A stretch of DNA of 57,680 bases. It comes from Clostridiales bacterium (GTDB taxonomy: Bacteria > Bacillota > Clostridia > Christensenellales > JAISNN01). A model generated the notes under the pieces. The model saw nothing but the letters and a program-made list of their open reading frames with translations, did not search any database and was not told the origin of the DNA. The translations under genes were made by a program, and so were the position numbers. How positions within the stretch are numbered: position 1 is the first letter of the stretch; each line of letters starts with the position of its first letter. The stretch covers positions 1-57,680 of the forward strand of contig JAISRB010000055.1 of assembly GCA_031273825.1 (NCBI GenBank). Direction: 5' to 3'. Shown in pieces: positions 27,662 through 37,255 of this stretch.

Positions 27662-29095
27662 TTAAGACTGCCTTGAAGCCTCCGATATTTTGCGTTTTGC
27701 CAGAGCGACGGCCTCTCTAAAGGCTTCCGACAGGCTCGGGTGCGGAAACGGCGTTTTTAGTATGTCGTCGGCGGTCGCCCCCATGGCTATCAGCGCGGCC
27801 GCCGCGCCTATAATCTCAGACGAGCCTTCGGCAAAAATATGAACGCCGACGAGGCGGTATAGATTCGCCCTTTCGGGCATATATTCCACACCCGCGGACG
27901 CCTTTTTTCCGTCGTCTATTTTTGCGAATATCACCTTAAAAAAGCCCGTATCGGAGTCACAGGCCACGGCCTTGCCGTTTGCGCCCATGAGCGACTTTGC
28001 CGCGGCAAATTCCGCTCCGACCGCCGCGCAAGCCTCTTGCGTCATGCCGGCGCAAGAGATTTCGGGCGACAGATAGACGCAGGACGGAACGACGGAACCG
28101 CGCGCCGACGCGCCGCTCAAAATGTGCGACACCGCCGCCTCCGCGTCGGACATAGCCTTGTGGGCGAGCCTGACGTTTCCCCTCACCGCGTCGCCTACGG
28201 CGTAAACGCCCTTGGCGTCGGTCTCAAAATTTTCGTCGGTATATATTCCTCCGCCGTCATAGCGGACTCCGGCAAGGCTAAGCCCCATGCCGTCGACGTT
28301 AGGCCGCCTGCCCGACGCGTCTACGACCATATCTCCGGATATTTCCTCCGCGCGTCCCTCCCTCTCGAGGACGACGCAAAAGCCGCCGCCGCGCTCGGCT
28401 ACGCTCCTTACCGTCGCGCCGCAATACAGCCTTATTCCGGATTTTTTTAAGAATAGCGCAACCTGCGCCGATATGTCCTTGTCGCACGAAACAAGCGGCC
28501 TTTCCTCCATCATTACGACCGAGACGCCCCGCCCGATTTGGCGGTAAAGCCACGCGAATTCAAGCCCCGCCGCGCCGCCGCCGACGACTATTATTTCGTC
28601 CGCCGCGCTAAAGCGGCGCGTCAGCTTGTCCGACGAATATGCCGCCTCTATGCCGTCGATATTATATAACGCGTGCTTGCTCCCCGACGCTATTATGATA
28701 TTGTCTGCAAAATATTTTTTGCCGCCGCATTCCACGCCGTTTTTGCCCGTTAGGCTTGCGCGTCCTTTGACGATAGTAATCTTGCTCGACGTCAGATATT
28801 TGACAAGACTCTCTCTTATTTTGTCTACGGCGGCGTTTTTTTTCGCGTCGGCCGCGCCGACGTCAAACGCCGCCGCGGACGCGCCCGTGATATACTCCGC
28901 GCGCTTTAAATGCGCGTAGGTTTTGGCCATGTCCAAAAGAGCCTTGGTCGGAATACAGCCGGCGTTTAGACACGTTCCGCCGACCTCGTTTTCCTCGAAC
29001 ATTACGACGCGCATTCCGCGCTTTGCCGCCTTTAACGCCGCCGTATATCCTCCCGGTCCCGCGCCGACGACGGCCAGGTCAAAACCTTCTTCCAT
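27662..29095 (-). CDS. lpd: Dihydrolipoyl dehydrogenase (E3 / L-protein)
   Basis: DLAVVGAGPGGY FAD motif and the redox disulfide GGTCLNAGCIPTK. ATG at 29095 is preceded by AGGGAGGG. Confidence 0.9.
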   Translation of the reverse strand: MEEGFDLAVVGAGPGGYTAALKAAKRGMRVVMFEENEVGGTCLNAGCIPTKALLDMAKTYAHLKRAEYITGASAAAFDVGAADAKKNAAVDKIRESLVKYLTSSKITIVKGRASLTGKNGVECGGKKYFADNIIIASGSKHALYNIDGIEAAYSSDKLTRRFSAADEIIVVGGGAAGLEFAWLYRQIGRGVSVVMMEERPLVSCDKDISAQVALFLKKSGIRLYCGATVRSVAERGGGFCVVLEREGRAEEISGDMVVDASGRRPNVDGMGLSLAGVRYDGGGIYTDENFETDAKGVYAVGDAVRGNVRLAHKAMSDAEAAVSHILSGASARGSVVPSCVYLSPEISCAGMTQEACAAVGAEFAAAKSLMGANGKAVACDSDTGFFKVIFAKIDDGKKASAGVEYMPERANLYRLVGVHIFAEGSSEIIGAAAALIAMGATADDILKTPFPHPSLSEAFREAVALAKRKISEASRQS

Positions 29096-29121
29096 TAAAC
29101 ACCGCCCTCCCTTTAAAAAAC

Positions 29122-30081
29122 TCAACTAAGCAACAGCCTTGCCGCGCCCGCCTCGAACGCGCCGCCGTCTCTTGATATCGCCTCTATACCGCTTTTGTCC
29201 TTGCCGATAAACAGTCCTTCGACGGACTCCATATCGGGCAGGCTCATCGAATCGGTAAAAATTCTGATAAAGCTCACCGCGCCGTTTTGCCGCTTAAAAT
29301 ATATGTCCGCAAGACCTATTCCGTCTATCGCGCCGCTCGCGTGCTCACAGTCTCTTAGCTCGTCGCCGAATAAAAACCGCTTGTCGGAAAAGAAACGCGT
29401 CAGCCGCTCTATCTCGCCGAAGTCTATCTCTCCGTCGTCTATGAGGGCGGCGTTTTGGCCGAAATAGCTCTCCGCGGCGACCCGCGCCGAACGCATTATG
29501 CTTTCTCTGTTTATTTCCGGGGCTATTTCGGAGAGGTTGAGAACCCTCGACTGAACCGACGATACGCCCTTGCTTGAAAGCTTTTGTTTGGGTATGCTCA
29601 GATATTTTCCCATTTTGGCGATATCGGTGTTTATCAATATCGTGCCGTGATGACAATAGCGGTTTCCGACGCTCAAAAACGCGTTGCCCGAAAACTTTCT
29701 GCCGTCTACGGTTATGTCGTTTCTTCCGCTTTTTTTTGCGGGAACGCCGATATCCGTCAACGCCTTTAGGATTATGTCGTAGCCCGTCTCCTTATCAAAG
29801 CGTTTGGCGTTCATAATAAAGCTAAAATTGAGATTGTTATCGTCGTGATAAACCGCCCCGCCGCCCGACAGCCGACGCGCTATTTTTATGCCGTCCTCCA
29901 TGACGGCTTGCATGTCTACCTGATCGTAGGCGTATTGATTGCGCCCTATGACTATGGTGTCTCTGTTAGCCCAAAAATAAATTATAAATTCGTCGTCGCC
30001 GACGCGATCTAAAAAATATTTTTCCAAAGCGAGGTTTTTATGTGGGTCAATTTCTTCCGTTTGATAAAATCTAAGCTTCAT
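29122..30081 (-). CDS. lplA: Lipoate-protein ligase A
   Basis: RNQYAYDQV and RRLSGGGAVYHDDNNLNFSF motifs. ATG at 30081 is preceded by GGAGGA. Confidence 0.9.
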   Translation of the reverse strand: MKLRFYQTEEIDPHKNLALEKYFLDRVGDDEFIIYFWANRDTIVIGRNQYAYDQVDMQAVMEDGIKIARRLSGGGAVYHDDNNLNFSFIMNAKRFDKETGYDIILKALTDIGVPAKKSGRNDITVDGRKFSGNAFLSVGNRYCHHGTILINTDIAKMGKYLSIPKQKLSSKGVSSVQSRVLNLSEIAPEINRESIMRSARVAAESYFGQNAALIDDGEIDFGEIERLTRFFSDKRFLFGDELRDCEHASGAIDGIGLADIYFKRQNGAVSFIRIFTDSMSLPDMESVEGLFIGKDKSGIEAISRDGGAFEAGAARLLLS

Positions 30082-30205
30082 TTGTCCTCCGCACAATAAT
30101 CATAACAAAAACAAAGAAAAAAAGCAAGTAAATATTGCCGGAATTACCCGGCAATCACAGGACGCAACTCAATTGTAAGGATAGAAGCCCGCAAAACACC
30201 GATGA

Positions 30206-30943
30206 TTATGAATTAGCGGTCAATGTCAACAGCTGATTTACCGCGTTTATTTTTACGTCGGCACACGCGCGGAAATATTTGTATACGACCTGCAACGCCT
30301 CCGTCAACGCGCGGTCTGAAAGCCCGTTCGGGGAAGCGTCGGAATTTTTTGTCAATTCCTTTATAAGAAAAAAGCACTCGCCGCCTACGGAGAGAGAGTC
30401 CGGCGAAGCGCATTTGAGACAGACGCCGCCGCCGAGTCCGATATCAAAGTATCCGGAATGCGCGGGCGCGCCGCAATTCATACATTCGTCAAGGTTTAGG
30501 GCGTATCCCGACAGCTTGGACGCCGCGACTATAAATTTGACGAGAGGAAAAAGCGGCGAAGCCTTGCCGTAGGCGATATTTTTTAGCGCGTCGAGGGCGT
30601 GATATATATAGTCGGAGATATCGGCGTTTTCGACGGTCGACTTGTCGAGAATTTCGACGGCGGACAGCGCGGAATACAGCCTTATAAGGTCGCTCCTAAC
30701 CTCAAAAAAGCCGTCGGTCAGGGCGCAGTTTGTGACGGTATAGTACCCGTTTCTTTCCGATAAAATGTATTCGCCGAAGCACAAAAGAGAAGCGGCAAAC
30801 CGCAGCTTTGATTTTTCGGATTTAGCTCCTTTTATCGCCGCCGTGATTTTGCCCTTCTCTACCGTGCATAGGGTGAGCAATGTCTTGCCGTCTTTATAGT
30901 CGACGGCTTTAACACAAAGCGCGTTCAACTTAATTCCGTCCAT
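30206..30943 (-). CDS. recO: DNA repair protein RecO
   Basis: 245 aa with an OB-fold N-terminus and a zinc motif CMNCGAP...CLKC. Confidence 0.85.
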   Translation of the reverse strand: MDGIKLNALCVKAVDYKDGKTLLTLCTVEKGKITAAIKGAKSEKSKLRFAASLLCFGEYILSERNGYYTVTNCALTDGFFEVRSDLIRLYSALSAVEILDKSTVENADISDYIYHALDALKNIAYGKASPLFPLVKFIVAASKLSGYALNLDECMNCGAPAHSGYFDIGLGGGVCLKCASPDSLSVGGECFFLIKELTKNSDASPNGLSDRALTEALQVVYKYFRACADVKINAVNQLLTLTANS

Positions 30944-31148
30944 ATTTTGCGCTCCGTTATTTTGGTTTTACTAAAAAAATTGCCGGGACTTTTTTTTGAG
31001 GCGCGGTCCTTATCGTCCGTCATATAATACGCGTAATACGCGCCCTTGACCGTCGGTTTTTGCGTTAAAAATCCGCTATCCGAACCGTAAAGCTTTACCT
31101 AAACGCACGCGCGCCGCTATCAAGCTTTTCGCGCTATTCGTGAAACGG

Positions 31149-31241
31149 TCACTTTTTATCTCTGACCGCCCTATAGAGTCTGTAGACGCGCGGGTCGCCG
31201 CTGCGTTCAAACAATTGCCACAATCTTTTTTCGTTATCCAT
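31149..31241 (-). CDS. yqzL: YqzL-family small protein (30 aa)
   Basis: MDNEKRLWQLFERSGDPRVYRLYRAVRDKK, preceded by AGGTGGG. It sits immediately upstream of recO, as in Bacillus. It is below the ORF-track size cut-off. Confidence 0.6.
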   Translation of the reverse strand: MDNEKRLWQLFERSGDPRVYRLYRAVRDKK

Positions 31242-31433
31242 TTACCCACCTATAGGAACCCTCTCGTCGTCTCTTTGTTTTCGGATTCCTAATAAGCGGA
31301 AGCTTCAAACGCAGTTTCGATTTGCCGGCTCGATAATAGAATGTATCGGATAAAAAAAAATATACGCGTATTGATAAAAAATTCAATAATAACTAATAGC
31401 GCGTTTTTGCCGCCCTCTCTATATGACGCCGTC

Positions 31434-31462
31434 ATTATAACACAAAATTTACTTATTGGCAA
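31434..31462 (-). promoter_or_regulatory. Sigma-A type promoter (extended -10) upstream of yqzL-recO
   Basis: The minus strand reads TTGCCA, a 17-nt spacer, then TGTTATAAT. Confidence 0.55.
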
Positions 31463-31548
31463 GTTGTTTTTATCGGTTTGCTACTGACAGCCGGTTATTT
31501 TGGGTGTATAATATATTTAAAGTATAATAACCGCAACAAGTGGTAAAA

Positions 31549-33144
31549 TCAAAAAAGCTTTTCCTCGATAAGCCTTTTGAGCGGCTCTATTCCCTCTCCG
31601 GTTTTGGCCGAAATAGACGCGGCGTCGGTCAGCCTTGGCTTTTGCGGTTCGTCCGCGCCGGCGCAAATCAGATCGGCTTTGTTATATACGGTTATTATCG
31701 GCTTTTCTCCCGCGCCGAGTGAATCAAGAACGCTCAAAACCGCGTCGTACTGCCTCGGCATATCCGCGCTCGACAAATCGACGACGTGGAGGAGCAGGTC
31801 GGCGTATTTGACCTCCTCGAGGGTTGAGCGGAAGGCGTCGATAAGCTCGTGAGGAAGTCTGTCGATAAAGCCGACGGTGTCGGTCAAAAGATATTCCTTT
31901 TTTATATCCGCCCAAATTTTTCTGGTTACGGGGTCAAGCGTGGCAAAGAGCTTGTTTTCGGCGGCGACTCCCGCCTTTGACAGCGCGTTCATCAGCGTGC
32001 TTTTTCCCGCGTTGGTATATCCGACTATGGCGACGGTCTTTATTTGACTGCCGATTCGGTTTTCGCGCCTCAAATCGCGCTGTTTTTTTAAGAGGTCTAT
32101 TTTTTGGCTAAGCTCGAATATCGCGCGCTTGATATGCCGTCTGTCGGTCTCCAATTTTGTCTCGCCGGAGCCTTTGGTAGCCGTGCCCGCGCCGCCGCCT
32201 ATTCTCGACAGCACCCGTCCGCGCCCCAAAAGCTTGGGCAGCGTATATTTTAGCTTGGCAAGCTCGACCTGCAGCTTGCCCTCGTTGGTGACGGCGTGAA
32301 ACGCGAATATTTCAAGAATAAGCAGAGCGCGGTCGATCACCTTTATGCCTAAGGCGTCCTCGATATTTTTTAATTGCAAGCCGCTTAAAGCGTTGTCAAA
32401 TATTACTATATCGGCCTTATTTTGATTTATCGCAAGCCCTATTTCGTCAAGCTTGCCTTTTCCGACGCAATAATTTTTGTCGGTTTCCGCCTTGACCTGA
32501 ATTATTTCTCCGGCGGTTACAAGCCCCGCGGTTTCGGCGAGGCCTCTCAATTCGTCGATATAGACCCGCGCGTTTTTTTCGGCGACGCAGACAAGCAAGG
32601 CTCTCTCCGCGTCCTTGACGGTCTTTAACGGCTCGTTTTTTTTGAATACCTTTTCGGCTTGCTCGATTTTTTCAAAGACGGAGGCGGAATCCATATCGGA
32701 ATAATTTTTATACCTTACGATTTCCGCGCCGCCGTTTTGCCTTATAAACGCCGCCGTAATGTCGCGCGCGACTCCGCCCTCCGCGTTGACCGCCGCAAGC
32801 ATGTCGAGGCGCGAATGATGAAGCGCGGCCATGTCCTGCGCGGACAATTCCGACGAGCCGTTCAAATGAGTGTGAAAGCACCTGACCCCCGTCAGCTTTT
32901 CTTGCGAACGCCTGAGGTTGATTTCGACGGCGGCGACCGTCGCCGCGTCGCCTATTCCGAGTGACAAAACGCGGCCGCCGCGCGATATGCAGACGCAAAT
33001 TTCTCTGTTGATTTTGTGAGAAATTTCGACGATAGTTCCGAGTACTCCGTAATCTATCGCCGACCGCCTTTCATAATCGCCTATAAGCGACTCTAATCTC
33101 TCTATTACGCTTTTTTTTATGCCGTTTGTGTTGCCGTATATCAT
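31549..33144 (-). CDS. hflX: GTPase HflX with an N-terminal JAB/MPN-like extension
   Basis: The G-domain has VAIVGYTNAGKSTLMNALS, TDTVGFI and NKAD, and the HflX N-domain starts near ERALLVCV. The extra ~175 aa contain HTHLNGSSELSAQD. Confidence 0.9.
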   Translation of the reverse strand: MIYGNTNGIKKSVIERLESLIGDYERRSAIDYGVLGTIVEISHKINREICVCISRGGRVLSLGIGDAATVAAVEINLRRSQEKLTGVRCFHTHLNGSSELSAQDMAALHHSRLDMLAAVNAEGGVARDITAAFIRQNGGAEIVRYKNYSDMDSASVFEKIEQAEKVFKKNEPLKTVKDAERALLVCVAEKNARVYIDELRGLAETAGLVTAGEIIQVKAETDKNYCVGKGKLDEIGLAINQNKADIVIFDNALSGLQLKNIEDALGIKVIDRALLILEIFAFHAVTNEGKLQVELAKLKYTLPKLLGRGRVLSRIGGGAGTATKGSGETKLETDRRHIKRAIFELSQKIDLLKKQRDLRRENRIGSQIKTVAIVGYTNAGKSTLMNALSKAGVAAENKLFATLDPVTRKIWADIKKEYLLTDTVGFIDRLPHELIDAFRSTLEEVKYADLLLHVVDLSSADMPRQYDAVLSVLDSLGAGEKPIITVYNKADLICAGADEPQKPRLTDAASISAKTGEGIEPLKRLIEEKLF

Positions 33145-33215
33145 TGTCTATCTCCGTTTCGGGCTTAATTCGCGGGGTTTTCCTCCCGCGCAACAAAATA
33201 TGCCTTTTGCCTCGT

Positions 33216-33539
33216 CTATTTTTCCTTGACCGGTCTTGCCGTCAGCTCTATAATCAACGGCGTATTATCGTCGTCGGCGGCCTTGTTTCTCTTGATTTCT
33301 CCGCACCTCTCGCAGCGGAATATTATGACGTAGCCCTTGCTGTTTTTTATCGCGGAAACGGGGCGCATGATTCCTCCGCACACGTTTTCTCTGTCGCCCG
33401 GGCGGTTGTCGACGTGGAGCGAGCAAAGACAAGCGTCGCAGTGGTTTCTCGACGAATAGCCCAATTTTTCGACGGCCTTGCCGCAGGCCGCGCACACGAA
33501 CGCGCAATCATTTTTTTTGAAATATGCCATGTCATACAT
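33216..33539 (-). CDS. RNHCP-domain protein
   Basis: The RNHCDACLCSLH motif plus CAACG and CERCG zinc-ribbon pairs. The start is uncertain: TTG at 33566, or ATG at 33539 or 33530. Confidence 0.7.
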   Translation of the reverse strand: MYDMAYFKKNDCAFVCAACGKAVEKLGYSSRNHCDACLCSLHVDNRPGDRENVCGGIMRPVSAIKNSKGYVIIFRCERCGEIKRNKAADDDNTPLIIELTARPVKEK

Positions 33540-33684
33540 TTTATCACATATTGATTGATTTGACAAATTTTTTTATATGCATTATAGTATTATATAGAAC
33601 TTGCGCATTCGCATAAGCCCTGTGTCGGGGAAACGCATTCGCGCGATTAATACGCTAAACCACAATATAACGGAGATATTTTTT

Positions 33685-35136
33685 ATGAATGAAAAAATTC
33701 CTCTCTCCGAAAAGCTGATATACGGAGCCGCAGACCTATTCGGCGGCGGACACAACACGATTTTGTCCGTCATATTGCTCTATTTCTTTACCAACGCAAT
33801 CGGCTTAAAAGCCGCGCTCGCGGGAACCGTCGTCCTCCTCTCAAAGCTTTGGGACGCGGTTATCGACCCGTTTCTCGGCGCGGTCTCCGACAACACGCGT
33901 TCCAAATTCGGGCGGCGCAAGCCCTATATCTTAGCCGGGGCCATACTGATAATTCCGGCCTACGCGCTGCTTTTCGCGCCGGTTCAGGCTCTCTCCCCCG
34001 ACAGCCTAAAGACGGCCTACGCGATATTTGCCTACCTCTTTTATTGCACGGTCGCGTCGCTGTCTCAGGTGCCTTTTATGTCGATGAGCTCCGACATTTC
34101 GCCCGACTTCGATCAGCGCAATTCGGCAAATCTCATAAAGCTTATCTTTGACATGGCGTCCGCGGGCGTTTGCTACCTCGTTCCGACAATGCTTATAGAC
34201 GCGCTCGCAGACGGCAAAATCTCCTTTAACGTCTTTTATCTGTCGATAGTTTTCGGCTTCGGAACAGTCTTTTCGATTCCTCTTATCGCCGCGGCCTTTA
34301 AGCTAAAGGAGCGCGTAGCCCTCCCCGCCGAGCGGTCAAAATTTAACATAAAAGAGTGGCTTTCGGCCTTTAAAATCAAGTCGTACCGATATCACATTTT
34401 TATGTATATCACGGCGTTTCTATGCGTCGATATCGTCTCCGCACTTGCCTTATATTATGTCAATGACGTACTGCGCGGCGTGACGGTGTTCGGGCGGCCG
34501 ATAGGCTCGGTTTTTGTCATCGCGCCCATGATGGTTTCGGCCGCGCTCGTCGTGCCGGTTTGCTACAAGCTCATGCGCAAAAGGAGCAAGCAGTTTGCCT
34601 ACCGCGTCGGCCTGCCGCTCTACGCCCTCGGCATAGTTCTTTTGGCGGGATTCAAAACGTCGTGGAGCGGAGCTTTGGTTCCGTTATTTGCCTGTCTTGC
34701 GGGGCTTGGACTCGGCGGCGCGCAAATGATGCCGTGGCTGATTTTTCCCGACACGGTGGATATCGCGGAATTGAAGCTCGGCTACCGCCCGACGGGCGCG
34801 TTTTCGGGAGCTATGACCTTTGCGAGAACCCTTTCGACGGCGGCGGCCATTCAGATAGTCGGGTTTGTACTCGAGCTTTCTCACTATCAAGAGTCTACCG
34901 GCCTGTCGTCCGTGTCTCAGCCGCCCGAGGCTCTCGCCGCCATACGCGTTATGCTCGGCGCGTCGGCGGTCGTCCTCTTGTCGCTTGCCTTTGTCTCGTC
35001 CGTCAAATATAAGGTGACGGACAAAAAGCTTTTGCGCGTCGGATACTTTTCGGAAATCAGGCGAAAGGGCTTAGAGCAGACCCTAACCGCCGCAGAAAAG
35101 AAAGAAATGCAAGCCCTGTTAGAAGAGCTTGCCTAA
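33685..35136 (+). CDS. MFS/GPH-family glycoside-pentoside-hexuronide:cation symporter-like transporter
   Basis: About 12 TM segments, with LIYGAADLFGGG and DPFLGAVSDNTRSKFGRRKPY motifs. ATG at 33685 follows GGAG. Confidence 0.8.
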   Translation: MNEKIPLSEKLIYGAADLFGGGHNTILSVILLYFFTNAIGLKAALAGTVVLLSKLWDAVIDPFLGAVSDNTRSKFGRRKPYILAGAILIIPAYALLFAPVQALSPDSLKTAYAIFAYLFYCTVASLSQVPFMSMSSDISPDFDQRNSANLIKLIFDMASAGVCYLVPTMLIDALADGKISFNVFYLSIVFGFGTVFSIPLIAAAFKLKERVALPAERSKFNIKEWLSAFKIKSYRYHIFMYITAFLCVDIVSALALYYVNDVLRGVTVFGRPIGSVFVIAPMMVSAALVVPVCYKLMRKRSKQFAYRVGLPLYALGIVLLAGFKTSWSGALVPLFACLAGLGLGGAQMMPWLIFPDTVDIAELKLGYRPTGAFSGAMTFARTLSTAAAIQIVGFVLELSHYQESTGLSSVSQPPEALAAIRVMLGASAVVLLSLAFVSSVKYKVTDKKLLRVGYFSEIRRKGLEQTLTAAEKKEMQALLEELA

Positions 35137-35200
35137 AAAAGCCAAAAAAAATACCGTATACAAAAAAATATTATCTATTTTTAAGGAGCTATTTTTTACT

Positions 35201-36211
35201 ATGTTGTTAAAAGCTGAAAACGGTTACAATACCTTTTATAAGGACAAAAACGCTGATTTTAAGATATTGCTGATGACAGATCTGCATATCGGTTGCGGAA
35301 TTATCTCAAAATACTCCGACAAGAAGGCCGAGGCCGCCATGCTTGCGACGGCGAAAAAGGCCGACGCCGATCTGATTATTTTAAACGGCGACCTGACATA
35401 TCCTATCGCCTTTCTCTCGGGTTCGACAAACAACAAAAAGCAGGCCGAACGCGTTTCGTCCATAATGGACAAAATCGGAAAGCCGTGGGCGTTGGTATTC
35501 GGCAATCACGACGAGGAAAAGCATTCGCAATACGACAAGCATACGCTCGCCGAAATATATATGAAAAACAAAAATTGCCTCTTTCAAAAAGGCCCCGACG
35601 ATATCGACGGCGTCGGCAATTATATAATAAACATAAAAAACGCCGACGGCAAGTTTAATACGGCTCTGGTCATGCTTGACAGCAACCAATATCTAAAACG
35701 CGGCTATCTCTCGGGCTTTGACCACGTTCACGACAACCAAATAGAATGGTACAAAGACCAAATCAAAAAGCTGTCCGTGGAAAACGGGCGGCTCGTTCCC
35801 TCTCTCATGTTTTTTCACATTCCCGTCAAGGAATTTGCCGACGCGTGGCGCAAGCTATATTTAGGAGAAGTCGGAACAGACGAAAACGGCGACAAGGAAA
35901 TAATCTATCACTTCGGCTTTGTCAACGAAAAGGACAATTATTTCGGTCACCCCGTCGAGTTAAAGACGCATTTGTTTGACGACGTGCTGGCTCTCGGCAG
36001 TACCAAGGGCATATTTATGGGACACGACCACCTCAACACCCTTTCGCTGACCTATAAGGGCGTGCGGCTGACCTACCCTATGAGCATAGACTACATAGCC
36101 TATATCGGAATAGCCAAGAAAAAAACCCAGCGCGGCGGCACGCTCATAACCATTGACGATTCGGGAAAATTTGAAATTAAGCACCTGCCGCTTTGGGAGC
36201 GCGATATATGA
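35201..36211 (+). CDS. Calcineurin-like metallophosphoesterase
   Basis: LLMTDLHIG, NGDLTY, FGNHDEE and GHDHLN motifs. ATG at 35201 follows AAGGAG. Confidence 0.8.
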   Translation: MLLKAENGYNTFYKDKNADFKILLMTDLHIGCGIISKYSDKKAEAAMLATAKKADADLIILNGDLTYPIAFLSGSTNNKKQAERVSSIMDKIGKPWALVFGNHDEEKHSQYDKHTLAEIYMKNKNCLFQKGPDDIDGVGNYIINIKNADGKFNTALVMLDSNQYLKRGYLSGFDHVHDNQIEWYKDQIKKLSVENGRLVPSLMFFHIPVKEFADAWRKLYLGEVGTDENGDKEIIYHFGFVNEKDNYFGHPVELKTHLFDDVLALGSTKGIFMGHDHLNTLSLTYKGVRLTYPMSIDYIAYIGIAKKKTQRGGTLITIDDSGKFEIKHLPLWERDI

Positions 36212-36441
36212 GACCAAAAAACAGCTACCGCTACTTTGCCAACGTCGACTGTCAATTTTATCCGACCTGCCACGGCGGAATCGACAAAAACTGCATGTTT
36301 TGTTACTGCCCACTCTACCGTCTCGATTGCAAGGGCAATTTTAAGATATTAGAAAACGGCCTGAAGGACTGCGGCGGCTGCCTCGTTCCGCATATGCCCG
36401 AGGGGTATGACTACATCATGAGTTTTTTGATGAAAAAATAA
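36208..36441 (+). CDS. Cysteine-rich small domain protein
   Basis: VDCQFYPTCHGGIDKNCMFCYCPLYRLDCKGNF. The ATG overlaps the upstream stop (ATGA). Confidence 0.7.
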   Translation: MRPKNSYRYFANVDCQFYPTCHGGIDKNCMFCYCPLYRLDCKGNFKILENGLKDCGGCLVPHMPEGYDYIMSFLMKK

Positions 36442-36550
36442 ATTGCGCCGCGCTTTTTTTGCGCGTATGCGTAAGCCGTTAAAATTCATATGCAGTTCAT
36501 ATATTTTTAATAAGCTATTCTTTGCTTTTTTTATTAGGAGGATATCATCT

Positions 36551-37231
36551 ATGTTAAAACAAAATCGTATTTTTTCTTTGGGCTTCCGCATCGCCGCATT
36601 CGCCTTATGTCTTGCGGGAATGATTACGGGTTGCTTTCACGACGGAAAATTTTCATCGTCAATGCTGCTCTATTATACCTTTCAAAGCAATATCCTCGTC
36701 TTTATATACTTCGGCGCGGTGATATTCAAAACCATATCGGATATCGCAAAAAACGGAAAAACCGGCAATTCAAGCTTTCCGAGAATATCGGCGGCGGTCA
36801 TGATAGCAATCAGCGTTACTATGCTCGTATATTGGGCGTTGCTCGCTCCGTCATATTTCACCATGAGCAGCGCGGACGCGGCGGCTTTCCCTCTGTTCGG
36901 ATTTTCAAATCTTCAATTACATTTGATTACTCCGCTTTTGATGATAGCCGACTATATATTCTTTACCGCGCGCGGCAAGCTAAAAAAGCAAGACCCGTGG
37001 CTCTTTACTCTCATTCCTATAGCCTATCTCATTCAGGCTACAATAATGGGCTTTTCGGGCGTGGTATACCGCACCGGCCCTGACGGAGAGATAACGCGTT
37101 TCCCTTATTTCTTTATCGACTACGACCAATCGGGTTGGATGGTCGCGGTGTACGTCGTCGCAATCGCCGCGTTTTTTGTGGGAATCGCATATTTTATTTT
37201 GCATTTAGACCGCAAGCGCACTAAGAAATAG
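36551..37231 (+). CDS. Pr6Pr-family-like membrane protein
   Basis: 6 TM segments and an YYTFQSNILVF motif. ATG at 36551 follows AGGAGG. Confidence 0.7.
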   Translation: MLKQNRIFSLGFRIAAFALCLAGMITGCFHDGKFSSSMLLYYTFQSNILVFIYFGAVIFKTISDIAKNGKTGNSSFPRISAAVMIAISVTMLVYWALLAPSYFTMSSADAAAFPLFGFSNLQLHLITPLLMIADYIFFTARGKLKKQDPWLFTLIPIAYLIQATIMGFSGVVYRTGPDGEITRFPYFFIDYDQSGWMVAVYVVAIAAFFVGIAYFILHLDRKRTKK

Positions 37232-37255
37232 CGATCGGTGGTCAATGCTCACCGA

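Noticed and set aside
30944-31148. Considered a riboswitch or ncRNA in the 205-nt yqzL-recO spacer.
   Set aside because: No recognisable conserved motif or convincing structure was seen by eye, so the evidence is insufficient to call anything.
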